From the NCBI GenBank assembly GCA_019751125.1, contig JAIENU010000017.1, forward strand, positions 21,472 to 85,471: a stretch of 64,000 nt of DNA. Direction: 5' to 3'. Of the stretch, positions 8,612 to 18,150 are shown in pieces. Both the position numbers and the translations under genes were made by a program. This stretch comes from Burkholderiales bacterium (lineage in GTDB: Bacteria > Pseudomonadota > Gammaproteobacteria > Burkholderiales > SG8-41). Below the pieces are notes generated by a model. That model had not been told where the DNA came from. It was given only the letters and a program-made list of their open reading frames with translations, and did not search any database. Every line of letters starts with the position of its first letter. Within the stretch, counting starts at the first letter, position 1.

Positions 8612-9092
8612 GCGCATGCCGTCCACCCCTGCGGTGCTGGCGCTGCGCGCAGCCAAGGTCGAGTTCACGCCGCATTTCTACACCTACGAAGAACGCGGAG
8701 GCACCGCGGTGTCGGCGCGCGAGCTGGGCGTTGATGAACACGCTGTGGTCAAAACGCTGGTGATGCAGGATGACGCTGCCAAACCCTGCATCGTGCTGAT
8801 GCACGGCGACCGTGAAGTATCGACCAAGGCGCTGGCACGGCATATCGGTGTCAAAAAAATAGAACCCTGCAAGCCGGAGGTGGCCGAGCGCCATTCGGGT
8901 TATCGCGTCGGCGGCACTTCGCCCTTCGGCACGCGCAAGCGGATGCCGGTGTACCTGCAGCGCACGGTGGCGGCGCTGGAGCGCATCTATATCAATGGCG
9001 GCAGCCGCGGCTTTCTGGTGAATGTTGCCACCGCCGACCTGCAGCGGCTGTTGCAGCCGCAACTGGTCGACGCCGCGATCGAGCCGGACTGA
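8601..9092 (+). CDS. ybaK: Cys-tRNA(Pro)/Cys-tRNA(Cys) deacylase (YbaK/EbsC family)
   Basis: 163 aa. VVKTLVM ... HGDREVSTKALARHIG ... SGYRVGGTSPFG pattern of the YbaK family. Confidence 0.85.
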   Translation: MAAERMPSTPAVLALRAAKVEFTPHFYTYEERGGTAVSARELGVDEHAVVKTLVMQDDAAKPCIVLMHGDREVSTKALARHIGVKKIEPCKPEVAERHSGYRVGGTSPFGTRKRMPVYLQRTVAALERIYINGGSRGFLVNVATADLQRLLQPQLVDAAIEPD

Positions 9093-9094
9093 AC

Positions 9095-10258
9095 ATGGCG
9101 AGCCCGGCCCAGCCTGCGCAGCGTCCCGCGGTCGGCCTGGTGATGACCGGCGGCGGTGCGCGTGCCGCCTACCAGGTGGGGGTGATGCGCGCGCTGCATG
9201 ACATGCTGCCGCGCCACTGCGGCAATCCCTTTCCGGTGATCGCCGGCACTTCGGCCGGTGCGATCAATGCCGCGGTGCTGGCCACCGATGCGCATGATTT
9301 TCGTCGCGGCGTGCGCCGGCTGATGACGGTGTGGAAAAACTTTCATGTGGAGCAGGTGTATCGCGCCGATACCGTGGGTGCACTCGGCAACAGTGCGCGC
9401 TGGCTGCTGGCCTCGCTGTCGGGCGGGCGCTTCAAGGGGCCGGTGTCGCTGCTCGACAACGAGCCGCTGGCGCGGCTGCTGGAGCAGCACATCGATTTTG
9501 CGGCGGTGGGGCGCAACATCGCGGCGGGCCATCTCTCGGCGTTTGCAATCACCTGTTCGGGTTACACCAGCGGCCAGTCGGTGACGTTTTTTGAGGGGCA
9601 TGAGGGTCATCACGAATGGGCGCGGGCGCGCCGCGTCGGCCGCGCGATGCCGATCGGCTTGCCGCACCTGCTGGCCTCGAGCGCGCTGCCCTTCATTTTT
9701 CCGCCGGTGAAGATCGACGGCGAGTACTACGGCGACGGCTCGATGCGCCAGATCGCGCCGGTGAGCCCGGCACTGCATCTGGGGGCCGAACGCCTGCTGG
9801 TGATCGGCGTCGGCCGCCAGGCTTCGCAGTCCGCGGTGCGCCAGCCGGCCGAGGGGTATCCGCCGCTGGCGCAGATTGCCGGCCATGCGCTGGACAGCAT
9901 TTTCCTCGACTCGCTGGAGGTGGACCTCGAGCGCCTGCAGCGCATCAACCGCACGCTGGCGATCGTGCCGCCGGAGAAACTGGCGCAAGTGAGTTATCCG
10001 CTGCGTGCCGTCGATTTCCGGGTGATCACGCCGAGCGTCCCGCTGAGCCAGATTGCCGCACAGTTCGCCACGGAACTGCCGCCGGTGATCCGTGGTCTGT
10101 TGAATACGGTGGGTGCGATGAGGCGCGCCGGCTCCAACCTGGTGTCGTACCTGCTGTTCGAGAAGGCGTTTTGCCGTGCGCTGATCAAGCTCGGTTACGC
10201 CGACACCATGGCGCAGCGGGATGACCTGCTGCAATTTCTGGGTTACCAGCCGGACTGA
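9095..10258 (+). CDS. patatin-like phospholipase
   Basis: Oxyanion GGGARAAYQVG, nucleophile elbow AGTSAGA, and a catalytic DG (YGDGS). Confidence 0.9.
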   Translation: MASPAQPAQRPAVGLVMTGGGARAAYQVGVMRALHDMLPRHCGNPFPVIAGTSAGAINAAVLATDAHDFRRGVRRLMTVWKNFHVEQVYRADTVGALGNSARWLLASLSGGRFKGPVSLLDNEPLARLLEQHIDFAAVGRNIAAGHLSAFAITCSGYTSGQSVTFFEGHEGHHEWARARRVGRAMPIGLPHLLASSALPFIFPPVKIDGEYYGDGSMRQIAPVSPALHLGAERLLVIGVGRQASQSAVRQPAEGYPPLAQIAGHALDSIFLDSLEVDLERLQRINRTLAIVPPEKLAQVSYPLRAVDFRVITPSVPLSQIAAQFATELPPVIRGLLNTVGAMRRAGSNLVSYLLFEKAFCRALIKLGYADTMAQRDDLLQFLGYQPD

Positions 10259-10389
10259 AGCGCAGTACGGACTGTTGCCGCTGGCGCAGTCAGCCGGTAT
10301 AAGCGGAACATCAACTAAGCATCAGGTGAAAAGCAGGCGGCATGGGGCCGCCTGCGGGCGCAAAAGCCTGCGTCAGGAGGAGGAACAGC

Positions 10390-10893
10390 ATGAGCCGTGC
10401 ATTCGTCAAGGAAAGTGATGATGATCTGGGCGACGAGCTGCCGCAGCGGCCGGTGCCCGAGCACGCCAATTACGTGACCCCGCGCGGGCTCGAGCAGTTG
10501 CGCGCGCGGATGCGCGAGCTGGCCGAGCAGCACGAGCAACTGAAGCCGCTCTCAGCCGATGATTCCGAAGCCAAGCGCAAGCTGCGCGAGATCGAGCGTG
10601 ACCAGCGTTATTTTGTGGCGCAGCTCGAGCGCGCGGAGCTGGTCGATCCGGAACGGCAACCCAAGGATGAGGTGCGCTTCGGCGCTACGGTCTGCGTCGA
10701 GGATGAGACCGGGCGGCGCGAAACCTTCAGCATCGTCGGCGACGATGAGGCCGATGTTGCCGCGGGGCTGATCAGCTGGGCTTCGCCGCTGTCGCGCTCG
10801 CTGCTGGGTGCGCGCGTCGGCGACACCGTGAAGTGGCGGCGGCCGGCCGGTGAACTGGACGTCGAGATCATCTCGGTGGTATATAATAAGTAA
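10390..10893 (+). CDS. GreA/GreB-family transcription elongation factor paralogue
   Basis: MSRAFVKESDDD start with an aggaggagg RBS. It has a coiled-coil N-terminal half and a C-terminal GreA/B domain (SWASPLSRSLLGARVGDTV). Confidence 0.8.
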   Translation: MSRAFVKESDDDLGDELPQRPVPEHANYVTPRGLEQLRARMRELAEQHEQLKPLSADDSEAKRKLREIERDQRYFVAQLERAELVDPERQPKDEVRFGATVCVEDETGRRETFSIVGDDEADVAAGLISWASPLSRSLLGARVGDTVKWRRPAGELDVEIISVVYNK

Positions 10894-10918
10894 TTGTTTT
10901 TAAACATAAATTTAAAAC
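10886..10918 (+). repeat. AT-rich intergenic repeat, copy G (variant)
   Basis: ataagtaattgtttttaaacataaatttaaaac. It shares 16 identical nt (ttgtttttaaacataa) with copy D and runs directly into the ATG at 10919. Confidence 0.6.
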
Positions 10919-11839
10919 ATGAAGTTTCTCGCCCTGGTCATCACGCTGCTCATCGAGCAGGCCAAGCCGCTGCGCAGGAACAATCCGCTGTACGCCGCCT
11001 TCGAGCGTTACGCCGATGTTCTGGAGAACCAGTTCAACGGACTGCAGGCGAGCCACGGCGCGATTGCCTGGTGCGTGGCGGTGCTGCCGCTGGCGTTGAT
11101 TGTGCTGATCGTGCATGCGCTGCTCGGCAGCCTCGGCGCGATGTTCGCGCTGGCCTGGTCGGTGGCGGTGCTGTATGTGAGCCTCGGCTTCCGCCGCTTC
11201 AGCCACGGCTTCACCGACATCGCGCAGGCCTTGCGTGAACACGACCTCAACACCGCGCGCGACGTGCTCGGCCGCTGGCGCGGTGCGCCGGCCGATGAAC
11301 TGAATGCCGCCGAAGTGGCGCGGGTGTCGATCGAACTCGGCCTGCTGCAGGCGCACCGTTATGTGCTGGGCCCGATTTTCTGGTTTGTCGTGCTCGGCCC
11401 GGTGGGCCCGGTGGTGTACCGCGCCGCCGACCTGATCGCCGAGCGCTGGGGCCGGCAGATGGAGCCCGAGAAGCGGGTGTTTGCCTTGTTTGCCGAGCGC
11501 GCGTTTTTCTGGATCGACTGGCTGCCGGCGCGGGTCACCGCGGCGAGTTTTGCGGTGGCCGGCAATTTCGAGGATGCCGCCTACTGCTGGCGCACCCAGG
11601 CTGCGTCATGGAACCGCGGTGCCGAGGGTGTGGTGCTGGCGAGTGGTGCCGGCGCGCTGGGGGTGAAGCTCGGCGGCGTGCTGCGCGAGGACGGCATGCT
11701 CAACCAGCGCCCGGAGCTTGGCCTTGGCGAAGAGGCGAATGTTGAAGACCTGCGCGGCGTGGTCGGCCTGATCTGGCGCGCGCTGGTGCTGTGGCTGGTG
11801 CTGCTGTTTATTGTTTCTATTGCGAAGGCGGTGGGTTAA
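10919..11839 (+). CDS. CobD/CbiB/AmpE-family integral membrane protein
   Basis: 306 aa. N-terminus MKFLALVITLLIEQAKPL. Multi-pass membrane protein with a CobD/AmpE-like layout. Confidence 0.7.
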   Translation: MKFLALVITLLIEQAKPLRRNNPLYAAFERYADVLENQFNGLQASHGAIAWCVAVLPLALIVLIVHALLGSLGAMFALAWSVAVLYVSLGFRRFSHGFTDIAQALREHDLNTARDVLGRWRGAPADELNAAEVARVSIELGLLQAHRYVLGPIFWFVVLGPVGPVVYRAADLIAERWGRQMEPEKRVFALFAERAFFWIDWLPARVTAASFAVAGNFEDAAYCWRTQAASWNRGAEGVVLASGAGALGVKLGGVLREDGMLNQRPELGLGEEANVEDLRGVVGLIWRALVLWLVLLFIVSIAKAVG

Positions 11840-11849
11840 CCCGCCTGAT

Positions 11850-11875
11850 GCGGGGATCAAGCCCCCGCTTTTATT
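11850..11875 (+). terminator. rho-independent terminator
   Basis: gcgggg-atcaagc-ccccgc followed by ttttatt, 11 nt after the stop at 11839. It overlaps the rsgA stop. Confidence 0.7.
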
Positions 11876-12770
11876 CCCAGCTCCGCCGCTCGTTCTTCAG
11901 ATTCATTTCCGCCAGCCGGCGATATACCGCCAGCCGCCGTGGTGTGATCTGTCCTGCAGCCTGCGCTTCGGCAATGGCACAACCCGGTTCATTCAGGTGG
12001 CGGCAGTCGCGGAAGCGGCATTGCCCGATCAGCGGCCGGAATTCGATGAAGGCCGCGGCGAGTTCCTCCACGCCGAGGTGATGCACGCCGAAGGCCTGCA
12101 CGCCGGGGGTGTCGATCAGCTCGCTGCGTTGATCAAGGTGGTAGAGCTTGGCGTGGGTGGTGGTGTGTTTGCCGGTGCCCAGCGAAGCCGATACTTCCTG
12201 GGTATGTGCCTCGGCCTGCGGCAGCAGGCTGTTGAGTATTGTTGACTTGCCCATGCCGGATTCGCCGACCAGCACGCTGCGTTCACCGGCGAGCCGCGGC
12301 GTCAGTGCGCTGACGCTGTCGCGTGCCGACAGCTGCAGCAGTTGCACACCGAGCGCGGTGTACGGCGTCAGCGCGGTCAGCGACTTCGCCGATTCGGGCA
12401 AATCCGACTTGTTGAGCACGATCAGCGGTTTGATGCCGGCAGCCACCAGCGCGGCGAGGCAGCAGTCGACCACTTCAAGGTCAAAGGACGGCAACGGCGC
12501 GACGACGATGACCGCCTGGGTGACGTTGGCGGCGATCAGTTTCTGTTTCCACTGGTCGGAGCGGTAGAGCAGGCTGCGCCGCGGCGCGCAGGCGGTGATC
12601 ACGCCCTGGTCGCTGCCTTGCGCGGTGATGCTGACCTCGTCGCCGCAGGCGTAGTCATTGCGTTTGCCGCGGGTGACGCATTCGCGAGTGCCGCCATCGC
12701 CGCATTCGACCCGGAAGCTGCGGCCGTAGGCGGCGGTGATCAGGCCCTGCAGTGTGGGGTCAGAGTTCAA
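11871..12770 (-). CDS. rsgA: ribosome small-subunit-dependent GTPase A
   Basis: Circularly permuted GTPase: NKSDL, then [14 protein letters not shown], then DTPGV. C-terminal zinc motif [14 protein letters not shown]. The start is uncertain: I chose TTG at 12770 next to the phhB stop, and the track ORF extends to 12848. Confidence 0.88.
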   Translation of the reverse strand: MNSDPTLQGLITAAYGRSFRVECGDGGTRECVTRGKRNDYACGDEVSITAQGSDQGVITACAPRRSLLYRSDQWKQKLIAANVTQAVIVVAPLPSFDLEVVDCCLAALVAAGIKPLIVLNKSDLPESAKSLTALTPYTALGVQLLQLSARDSVSALTPRLAGERSVLVGESGMGKSTILNSLLPQAEAHTQEVSASLGTGKHTTTHAKLYHLDQRSELIDTPGVQAFGVHHLGVEELAAAFIEFRPLIGQCRFRDCRHLNEPGCAIAEAQAAGQITPRRLAVYRRLAEMNLKNERRSWE

Positions 12771-13089
12771 ACAGCGCGTCGATCTTGGCGGCGCAGATGA
12801 AGTCGTTCTCGGACAGGCCGCCGATGGCGTGGGTGATGTACTCGACACGGCACTTGTTGTAACCGACGACGAGGTCGGGATGGTGGTCCTCGCGGTGCGA
12901 GATCCACGCGGTGGCGTTGACGAAGGCCATGGTGTCGTAATAGTCGGCGAAGTCGAAGGTCTTGCCGAGCTTGCCGTCCGCGAGTGCCCAGCCCTTCAGG
13001 CCCTTGAGCAGGCTTGCGCTTTCAGCTGGTGTCAGTGGCGCGACACCACCTTCGCAGGGTTTGCATTTTTTCTGGGCGAGTGTGCTCAT
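12760..13089 (-). CDS. phhB: 4a-hydroxytetrahydrobiopterin dehydratase
   Basis: 109 aa. CKPCEGG ... HHPDL ... motifs of the PCD/DCoH family. Confidence 0.9.
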   Translation of the reverse strand: MSTLAQKKCKPCEGGVAPLTPAESASLLKGLKGWALADGKLGKTFDFADYYDTMAFVNATAWISHREDHHPDLVVGYNKCRVEYITHAIGGLSENDFICAAKIDALFEL

Positions 13090-14354
13090 GCCGGTTGTGC
13101 CGTGGGAGCCTGTTGCAGTTTCGCGATGCGCAGCATCGCCGGGGGATGTGAGTCGTAGAAGGCCGAGTGCAGCGGATCCGGCGTCAGTGTGGCGGCATTG
13201 TCCTTGTAGAGCTTGACCAGCGCCGAGACCAGATCGTTTGCCGGCGTGTGTGTCGCGGCAAAGGCGTCGGCCTCGAACTCATGCCGGCGCGAGTAGACCG
13301 CGCCCAGGGGCTGCAGCAGCAGGGTGAAGGCCGGCACGACGATGGTGAACAGCACCAGGGCCATCGCCGTCGAGGGTTCGGAAACGCCGAGCGCCGAGTA
13401 GAACCACGGCTGCTTCATCGCGACGCCGAGCAGCCACAGGAAACCGAGGCTGGCGGCAAACATCCAGATGATGCGCTTGATCACATGCTTCAGCTTGAAG
13501 TGGCCGAGTTCGTGGGCGAGCACGGCTTCGACTTCCTGCGGCTCGAGGCGGGAGAGCAGGGTGTCGAAAAACACGATGCGCTTGGATTTGCCGAAGCCGG
13601 TGAAAAAGGCATTGCCGTGGCTGGAGCGCAGCGAGCCGTTCATCACGAACAGGCCCTTGGCCTTGAAGCCGCAGCGCTCGAGCAGACGCTCGACCCGCTC
13701 TTTCAGCGAGTCGTTTTCCAGCGGTGCAAATTTGTTGAACAGCGGCATGATCACCGTCGGCGCAATCGCCTGCACAAACAGGCTGAAGGCAATCCAGGTC
13801 ACCCAGGCGTAGAGCCACCACCATTCGCCCATACGCTCCATCAGCCACAGCACCGCGGCGACCAGCGGCAGGCCCAACGCGGCCGACAGCAGCAGGCCCT
13901 TCGCGAAGTCGATCCAGAACAGCGCCGGGGTCATCTTGTTGAAACCGAAGCGTTCCTCGATGACGAAGGTGCGGTAGAGGTTCAGCGGCAGGTCGGCCAG
14001 CGTCATCACCAGCATCACCGCTGCGATCAGCGCGAGGCCGCGGACGATGCCGGGCTCGAACCAGGTGGCGGTGGTTTCATGCAGCGCCTGCAGGCCGCCG
14101 CCGAAGGTCAGCGCCAGCGCGATCAGCAGTTCGAGGCCGATGCCGAGCATCGAAAAGCGCGTCTTGGCGCCGGTGTAGTCGGCGGCCTTCTGGTGCGCTT
14201 CGAGGGTGATCACGCCGGCAAACTGCGCCGGCACCGCGTCGCGGTGGGCGGCGACATGGGTGGCGTGGCGGACGGCCAGCCACAGGCGCAGTGCGCTGCC
14301 CAGCAGCAGGGCGATGATGAACAGGATGGCGAACAGTTGGGCGGGGTTTTGCAT
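13086..14354 (-). CDS. M48 family (Ste24/HtpX-like) membrane metalloprotease
   Basis: [10 protein letters not shown] zinc motif and multiple TM helices. Start set at MQNPAQLF (ATG at 14354). The longer track ORF runs into the orn promoter region. Confidence 0.88.
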   Translation of the reverse strand: MQNPAQLFAILFIIALLLGSALRLWLAVRHATHVAAHRDAVPAQFAGVITLEAHQKAADYTGAKTRFSMLGIGLELLIALALTFGGGLQALHETTATWFEPGIVRGLALIAAVMLVMTLADLPLNLYRTFVIEERFGFNKMTPALFWIDFAKGLLLSAALGLPLVAAVLWLMERMGEWWWLYAWVTWIAFSLFVQAIAPTVIMPLFNKFAPLENDSLKERVERLLERCGFKAKGLFVMNGSLRSSHGNAFFTGFGKSKRIVFFDTLLSRLEPQEVEAVLAHELGHFKLKHVIKRIIWMFAASLGFLWLLGVAMKQPWFYSALGVSEPSTAMALVLFTIVVPAFTLLLQPLGAVYSRRHEFEADAFAATHTPANDLVSALVKLYKDNAATLTPDPLHSAFYDSHPPAMLRIAKLQQAPTAQPA

Positions 14355-14469
14355 GGCGGTTCGGTGGATTGTGCGGATATGTACGGATAGGTGCAGGTGC
14401 GGGGGTCCGGACTGTGACAAAATGCGGGACCAAAAATTCAAGGGATCCATGCGGATTCCGAAAATCATT

Positions 14470-15015
14470 ATGGCACAGGATCCCAACGCCCTGATCTGGA
14501 TCGACATGGAGATGAGCGGCCTCGACCCCGAGGTCGAGCGCGTGCTCGAAATCGCCATCGTCATCACCGATGCCCAGCTCAATACCGTGGCTGAAGCGCC
14601 GGTATTCGTGATTCATCAGCCCGATTCGGTGCTGGATGCCATGGACAACTGGAACAAATCCACCCACGGCAAATCCGGTCTGACAGAAAGGGTCAAGGCG
14701 TCAAAGCTGTCGGAGGCGGATGTCGAGAAGCAGATGATCGACTTCCTGTCGGCCTATGTGCCTTCAGGGGTGTCGCCGATCTGCGGCAACTCGGTGCACC
14801 AGGACCGGCGTTTCCTGGTCAAGTACCTGCCCAGGCTCGACGCCTATTTCCATTACCGGATGATCGACGTCAGCACGATCAAGGAACTGGTGCGGCGCTG
14901 GAAGCCGGAGGTGATCGGCGGCATGGTCAAACATGGCAAGCACGAAGCGCTGGCCGACATCCACGAATCCATCGAGGAACTGCGCTATTACCGGGCGCAG
15001 GTGATGAAGATCTAA
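14470..15015 (+). CDS. orn: oligoribonuclease
   Basis: [20 protein letters not shown] aligns with the Orn N-terminus. DEDDh motifs are present ([21 protein letters not shown]). An alternative ATG at 14449 is possible. Confidence 0.93.
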   Translation: MAQDPNALIWIDMEMSGLDPEVERVLEIAIVITDAQLNTVAEAPVFVIHQPDSVLDAMDNWNKSTHGKSGLTERVKASKLSEADVEKQMIDFLSAYVPSGVSPICGNSVHQDRRFLVKYLPRLDAYFHYRMIDVSTIKELVRRWKPEVIGGMVKHGKHEALADIHESIEELRYYRAQVMKI

Positions 15016-15065
15016 AACCCCGTCTTCAAAACGCCTGCGCCCGGCAGGTTTTTGAGACGGGTTTT
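15015..15065. terminator. bidirectional rho-independent terminator between the convergent orn and small ORF
   Basis: Long hairpin aaaccccgtcttcaaaa ... tttttgagacggggttt with an inner stem cctgc/gcagg. A- and T-tracts sit on either side. Confidence 0.8.
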
Positions 15066-15073
15066 GCGTAGCG

Positions 15074-15280
15074 TCAGTCCAGCTTCAGCTCGCCGTCGAA
15101 GGTCACGTCGAGCGCAATTCCGCCCACTTTCAGTGTCATCGCCACCGGCAGCGCCTCGCTGCCCTTGAGCTTGCCGTCTTCGATCGCCTTGCGCACGGCT
15201 TTTTCAATCGCCAGCTGCGAATTCACGCCGACGGTTTTCAGGAAGCGGCGGATGCTCATGTTCAGGGCTTCGTCGTTCAT
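15074..15280 (-). CDS. small conserved hypothetical protein (68 aa)
   Basis: MNDEALNMSIRRFLKTVGVNSQLAIEKAV... It follows pgi on the same strand after a 22-nt gap. Confidence 0.6.
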   Translation of the reverse strand: MNDEALNMSIRRFLKTVGVNSQLAIEKAVRKAIEDGKLKGSEALPVAMTLKVGGIALDVTFDGELKLD

Positions 15281-15302
15281 GGTGACTCCTCTGTGCGGGG
15301 TT

Positions 15303-16904
15303 TCAGTTCTTGTTCTTGCGTTGCTGTTCAACAACCTGCCGGATCAGGCCGGCAGTTGAAGCATCCGGCATTGCTGCCGACTCGCCGGACAGCGCGGGCA
15401 GCAGGCTGCCGGCGAGGCGTTTGCCGTGCTCGACACCGTACTGGTCGAAGGCGTTGATGTCGAGGATTGCGGCGGCTGCGGCGGTGCGGTGTTCATAAAG
15501 TGCGAGCAGCGCGCCGAGGCTGGCGGCATCGAGCCGCGGCAGCAGCAGCGTGGTGCTTGGCCGGTTGCCCGGCAAACTCTGGTGTGCGGCTGCCGCACCG
15601 GCGGCGCCGGTTTCGTCGGGACGTACGCCGCGCATCAGCAGCGAGGACTGGGCAAAGCAGTTGGCCAGCCGCATTGCATGGCTGCCTTCGTCGCCAGCCG
15701 CGGCTGCGGCGCAGGCGACAAACTCCACCGGCATCTCGTGTGTGCCCTGGTGCAGCCACTGGAAGCAGGCGTGCTGGGCTTCGGTGCCGCGGCCGCCCCA
15801 CAGCGCGGCGCCGCTGGCATGGCGCAGCGGTTTCCCGCGGCGGTCGATGCGTTTGCCGAGGCTTTCCATCTCAAGCTGCTGCAGCCAGTCGGGCAGCAGG
15901 CCGAGGCCGGGTTCATAGGCGAACACCGCGCGCGACGAAGCGCCGAGAAAATTCACGTTCCAGACGTCGATCAGCGCCAGCAGCAGCGGCAGGTTGTTGG
16001 AAGCCACGGTGCCGGTGGCATGTGCATCCATCGCCGCCGCGCCATTCAGCAGTTCGTCGAAGCGCGCCGCGCCAATGGCAATCATCGCCGGCAGCCCCAC
16101 CGCTGACCACAGCGAGTAACGGCCGCCAACCCAGTCCCACATCGGGAAAATGTGTTCGTCACTGATACCCATGGCGCGTGCGGCTTCGGGCACGGCAGTG
16201 ACCGCGGCAAGCTGTGCCGCAGCCTGGTCACCGAGAGCCTGTGTCAGCCATTGGCGCGTGATGCCGGTGCTGCGCAGTGTTTCCTGGGTGGTGAAACTCT
16301 TGGACTGGATGATCACCAGCGTGCTGGCAGGGTCGAGTCCGGCCAGCAGCTGCTTCAGCGGCGCGCCCGGCGTGCTGGCGAAATGTACGCGAGGGCCGCT
16401 GCCGTCGGCCAGCGCGGCGGAAACCAGCGCCGGGCCCAGTGCCGAACCGCCGATGCCCAGGCTGACCACATCGCGCAGCGGACGGCCGCCGGCACCGTGT
16501 TTGCCGCTGCGCAGTCCGGCGCTGAATTCGCGCATGCGTTTCAGCGTGCGCTGCACATCGCGTGGTGCGGAAGCGGCTGCGCGCAGGGCGGTATGCAGTG
16601 CAGCGCGTTTTTCGGTGAAATTGACTTTTTTGCCGGCGAACTGTTCGGCAAGGCGTTCGCTGACGCCGCGTTCCGCAGCCAGTTCCAGCAGCAGTTGCAG
16701 CGTTGGGTCGTCGATGCGCTGCTTGGAAAAATCGGCAAACACGCCACAGGCGCTGCGCGAGAAACGTTCAAAGCGGCCGGGGTCGGCGGCAAACAGCCCG
16801 CGCAGCTGCAGGGTACGCCAGTGGCGGGCCTGCGCGGCCAGTGCGCGCCAGGCCGGCGAGCGGGACAGTGAGCTGCGGGTTTTGGGTATTGCGGGCTGCG
16901 GCAT
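15303..16904 (-). CDS. pgi: glucose-6-phosphate isomerase
   Basis: 533 aa. NFTEKRAALHTALR, GIGGSALGP, and C-terminal phosphoglucose isomerase signature regions. Confidence 0.93.
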   Translation of the reverse strand: MPQPAIPKTRSSLSRSPAWRALAAQARHWRTLQLRGLFAADPGRFERFSRSACGVFADFSKQRIDDPTLQLLLELAAERGVSERLAEQFAGKKVNFTEKRAALHTALRAAASAPRDVQRTLKRMREFSAGLRSGKHGAGGRPLRDVVSLGIGGSALGPALVSAALADGSGPRVHFASTPGAPLKQLLAGLDPASTLVIIQSKSFTTQETLRSTGITRQWLTQALGDQAAAQLAAVTAVPEAARAMGISDEHIFPMWDWVGGRYSLWSAVGLPAMIAIGAARFDELLNGAAAMDAHATGTVASNNLPLLLALIDVWNVNFLGASSRAVFAYEPGLGLLPDWLQQLEMESLGKRIDRRGKPLRHASGAALWGGRGTEAQHACFQWLHQGTHEMPVEFVACAAAAAGDEGSHAMRLANCFAQSSLLMRGVRPDETGAAGAAAAHQSLPGNRPSTTLLLPRLDAASLGALLALYEHRTAAAAAILDINAFDQYGVEHGKRLAGSLLPALSGESAAMPDASTAGLIRQVVEQQRKNKN

Positions 16905-16931
16905 GACGCGATTCTACCTTGCGGAGGTTGT

Positions 16932-16967
16932 CACTGAGCTTGCCACTGAGCTTGCCACCGAGGCTGC
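16932..16967. repeat. 12-nt tandem repeat x3 in the pgi / lrgA divergent spacer
   Basis: cactgagcttgc cactgagcttgc caccgaggctgc. Confidence 0.8.
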
Positions 16968-17041
16968 CGCGGACGCAGGCCCGGATGGCGCGTTTACAAT
17001 GAAGCCCTTGTTTAAAGTCTGCTGATTTCAGGAGTGTGACC

Positions 17042-17425
17042 ATGCTTGGCGCACTGACCACGCTGCTGGTGTTCCAGCTGCTCGGCGAAGTGATCGTGCA
17101 GTTCGGCGGTTGGCCGATACCGGGGCCGGTGATCGGCCTGCTGCTGCTGTTTTTCACGCTGGTGCTGCGCGGTGCGCTGGCCGAACCCCTGCGCGACACC
17201 GCCAACGGCATCCTGCAGCACCTGTCGCTGCTGTTCGTGCCCGCCGGTGTCGGCGTGATGGTGCATTTCTCACGGGTCTCGGGCGAATGGCTGCCGATCC
17301 TCGCCGCGACCATCGTCAGCACCGCGCTGGCGATGGGTGTCAGCGCGCTGGTGATGCAGTGGATGATCAGGAGGCGCAAGCAGGGTCACGGGCGCAGCGG
17401 CGACGGGGAAGGGGGCGGCGCATGA
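17042..17425 (+). CDS. lrgA: CidA/LrgA family holin-like protein
   Basis: MLGALTTLLVFQLLGEVIV..., four TM helices, with an aggag RBS 7 nt upstream. Confidence 0.88.
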   Translation: MLGALTTLLVFQLLGEVIVQFGGWPIPGPVIGLLLLFFTLVLRGALAEPLRDTANGILQHLSLLFVPAGVGVMVHFSRVSGEWLPILAATIVSTALAMGVSALVMQWMIRRRKQGHGRSGDGEGGGA

Positions 17426-18150
17426 CCCCGCGCATCAGCGATGTCTGGGTCTATCTTTCAACGACGCCGCTGCTCGGCCTGACGATGACCCTGCTCGCCT
17501 ATCAGGCGGCGTATTGGGTGTATCAACGCGCGGGATTCAATCCGCTGCTCAATCCCGTGCTGCTCGCGGTGGCGATGCTGGTCACCGCACTGCATTTCAC
17601 CGGTACGCCCTATGCGACCTATTTCGACGGCGCGCAGTTCGTGCACTTCCTGCTCGGCCCGGCGACGGTGGCGCTGGCGGTGCCGCTGTACCTGCAGTTC
17701 GGCCGGCTGAAGACACTGGCCTTTCCCTTGCTGGTGGCGCTGCTCGCCGGATCGGTGACGGCGATTGTGTCGGCGGTGGGTGTGGCCTGGCTGCTCGGCG
17801 CGAGTTCGTCGACACTGCTGTCGCTGGCGCCGAAGTCGGTGACCACGCCGATTGCGATGGGCATCGCCGAGAAACTCGGCGGCATTCCTTCGCTGACCGC
17901 GGTGCTGGTGATGTTCACCGGTGTCAGTGGCGCGGTGATGGCCAAGTATGTGCTCGATGGCCTGCGCATCACGGATCACGGTGTGCGCGGGTTTGCCGCG
18001 GGCCTGTCGGCGCACGGCATCGGCACTGCGCGCGCCTTCCAGGTCAGCGAACAGGCGGGGGCTTTCGCCGGGCTGGGCATGGGCCTCAACGGACTGGTCA
18101 CGGCGCTGCTGGTGCCGCTGCTGCTGGTGATCTGGCGGTGGTTCGCATGA
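17422..18150 (+). CDS. lrgB: LrgB family protein
   Basis: MTPRISDVWVYLSTTPLLGLTMTLLAY..., about 242 aa, polytopic. The ATGA overlaps the lrgA stop. Confidence 0.88.
   Translation: MTPRISDVWVYLSTTPLLGLTMTLLAYQAAYWVYQRAGFNPLLNPVLLAVAMLVTALHFTGTPYATYFDGAQFVHFLLGPATVALAVPLYLQFGRLKTLAFPLLVALLAGSVTAIVSAVGVAWLLGASSSTLLSLAPKSVTTPIAMGIAEKLGGIPSLTAVLVMFTGVSGAVMAKYVLDGLRITDHGVRGFAAGLSAHGIGTARAFQVSEQAGAFAGLGMGLNGLVTALLVPLLLVIWRWFA

Noticed and set aside
9095-10258. The patatin-like phospholipase as a CBASS-type or other defence effector.
   Set aside because: No cyclic-nucleotide synthase, E1/E2/JAB or other defence partner is adjacent. Its neighbours are ybaK, a nudix gene and a greB-like gene, and composition matches the core genome. 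It looks like the conserved housekeeping patatin paralogue.
13086-15015. The extended N-termini in the track for the M48 protease (to 14582) and orn (from 14206), which would overlap each other on opposite strands.
   Set aside because: Family alignments place the starts at MQNPAQLF (14354) and [14 protein letters not shown] (14470). The extensions have no homology-like features and would remove the divergent promoter spacer.
16932-16967. Tandem repeats at 16932-16967, 56834-56869 and 18921-18960 as CRISPR arrays.
   Set aside because: The units are only 12-14 nt, there are three copies without unique spacers, and no cas genes are present. One is inside a coding region.
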